A stretch of 64,000 nucleotides of DNA, from contig JASTWF010000070.1 in NCBI GenBank assembly GCA_030390025.1, positions 1,364,001 to 1,428,000 on the forward strand, in the 5' to 3' direction. Positions 62,789-64,000 of the stretch are shown here, in pieces; the stretch's first letter is position 1; every line of letters starts with the position of its first letter. The stretch comes from Squalus acanthias (Eukaryota). A program made the position numbers and the translations under genes. Under the pieces are notes generated by a model, which was given only the letters and a program-made list of their open reading frames with translations, did not search any database and was not told the origin of the DNA.

Positions 62789-63792
62789 GTGTCAGCCGTG
62801 TCTCAGAGGGTCACACACTCTCCCTCGCTTCTGGGTCAGCAGGTTAGGGGTTCAAGACCCCACTCCAGAGACTTGATCACATAATTCAAGCTGACACTCC
62901 CAGTGCCAGTGCTGAGGGAGCGGCGCACTGTCGGAGGGGCGGTACTGAGGGAGCGCCGCACTGTCGGAGGGGCGGTACTGAGGGAGCGTCACACTGTCGG
63001 AGGGGCGGTACTGAGGGAGCGCAGCACTGTTGGAGGGGCGGTACTGAGGGAGCGCCGCACTGTCGAAGGGGCAGTACTGAGGTAGCGCCCCACTGTCGGA
63101 GGGGCGGTACTGAGGGAGCGCCGCACTGTCGGAGGGGCAGTACTGAAGGAGCGCTGCACTGTCGGAGGGGCAGTACTGAGGGAGCGTCGCACTGTGGGAG
63201 GGGCAGTACTGAGGGAGCGCCGCACTGTCGGAGGGGCAGTACTGAGGGAGCGTCGCACTGTCGGAGGGGCTGTACTGAGGGAGCGCCGCACTGTCGGAGG
63301 GGCTGTACTGAGGGAGCGCCGCACTGTCGGAGGGGCAGTACTGAGGGAGCGCCGCACTGTCGGAGGGGCAGTGCTGAGGGAGCGCCGCGCTGTCGGATGA
63401 GCAGTACTGAGGGAGTGCCGCACTGTCGGAGGGGCAGTACTGAGGGAGCGCAGCACTGTCAGAGGTGCAGTACTGAGGGAGCGCCGCACTGTCAGAGGTG
63501 CTGTCTTTCAGATGTGACGTTAAACCGAGGCCCCTTCAAGTGGATGTAAAAGATCGAAGAAGAGCAGGGGGGAGTTCTCCCTGGCGTCCTGGCCAATATT
63601 TATCACTCAACCAACATTACTAAAAGAAAGATTATCTGCTTGTTTGTGGGAGCTTGCTGTGCGCAAATTGGCTGCGCATTTCCTGCATTACAACAGTGAC
63701 TACACCTCAAAAAATATTTAATTGGCTGTAAAGCGCTTTGGGACATCCTGAGGTCATGAAAAGTGCTGTATAAATGCGAGTCTTTCTTTTTT
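62789..63792 (+). mobile_element. Full-length DeuSINE (SacSINE1-like) with internal minisatellite expansion
   Basis: tRNA-like head (GGTTCAAG B box), Deu-like core (TTAAACCGAGGCCCC...CCTGGCCAATATTTATC), L2-like tail ending TCTTTCTTT; family name from recall. Confidence 0.8.
62907..63500 (+). repeat. 30-bp minisatellite, about 20 copies (CAGTACTGAGGGAGCGCCGCACTGTCGGAGGGG-type)
   Basis: Directly visible; produces the 10-aa repeat ORFs in the track. Confidence 0.95.
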
Positions 63793-64000
63793 TCAAAGCA
63801 AAGGGTGCTCGCACTTAATGAGTGCATCGAACGGTCAGGACATTTTAACTTGACTGAAATTGTATCCCAGTGAGTGATTTCAGGAGAGATGGGGAGGGTT
63901 TAAATTTACATAAAACACCAACGTGCGAAGCCAGATATTGTTTCTCTTTTCACAGAATCTCACAGCACAGAAGGAGGCCATTCGGCCCATCGTGCCTGTG

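Noticed and set aside
62989-63489. 166-aa repetitive ORF (RRSLSTAPPTV)n
   Set aside because: Translation of the SINE-internal minisatellite.

Overview
Repeat-dense vertebrate genomic DNA, almost certainly from a cartilaginous fish (shark-type CR1/L2 LINEs and DeuSINEs; species not determinable by eye). The only host genes are two tandem, minus-strand immunoglobulin light-chain clusters (leader - pre-joined VJ - C) resembling the elasmobranch type I / NS5 / sigma-cart isotype, at 5229-8676 and 19375-23332. They lie in a duplication with a period of about 14.1 kb. Both have open spliced frames, octamer promoters and the same V-J junction with no RSS, i.e. germline-joined. Upstream of them (about 34.1-57.3 kb) is a six-unit LINE-derived macro-repeat carrying about 27 co-oriented copies of a 33-bp unit containing a near-perfect CTCF motif, all facing the Ig clusters. 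This is a candidate insulator or loop 'super-anchor'. Just beyond it (59.7-60.2 kb) is a non-repetitive island dense in B-cell enhancer motifs (EICE, E2A, RUNX, EBF-like). Also present: PIF/Harbinger-type elements and MITEs with 3-bp TSDs, two solo LTRs, a Penelope-type minimal hammerhead ribozyme insertion, a ZNF143/NF-Y promoter signature, SINEs and many CR1 fragments. Most ORFs in the supplied track are LINE fragments or their antisense shadows. All counts and alignments were done by eye; repeat boundaries are approximate unless a TSD is quoted.
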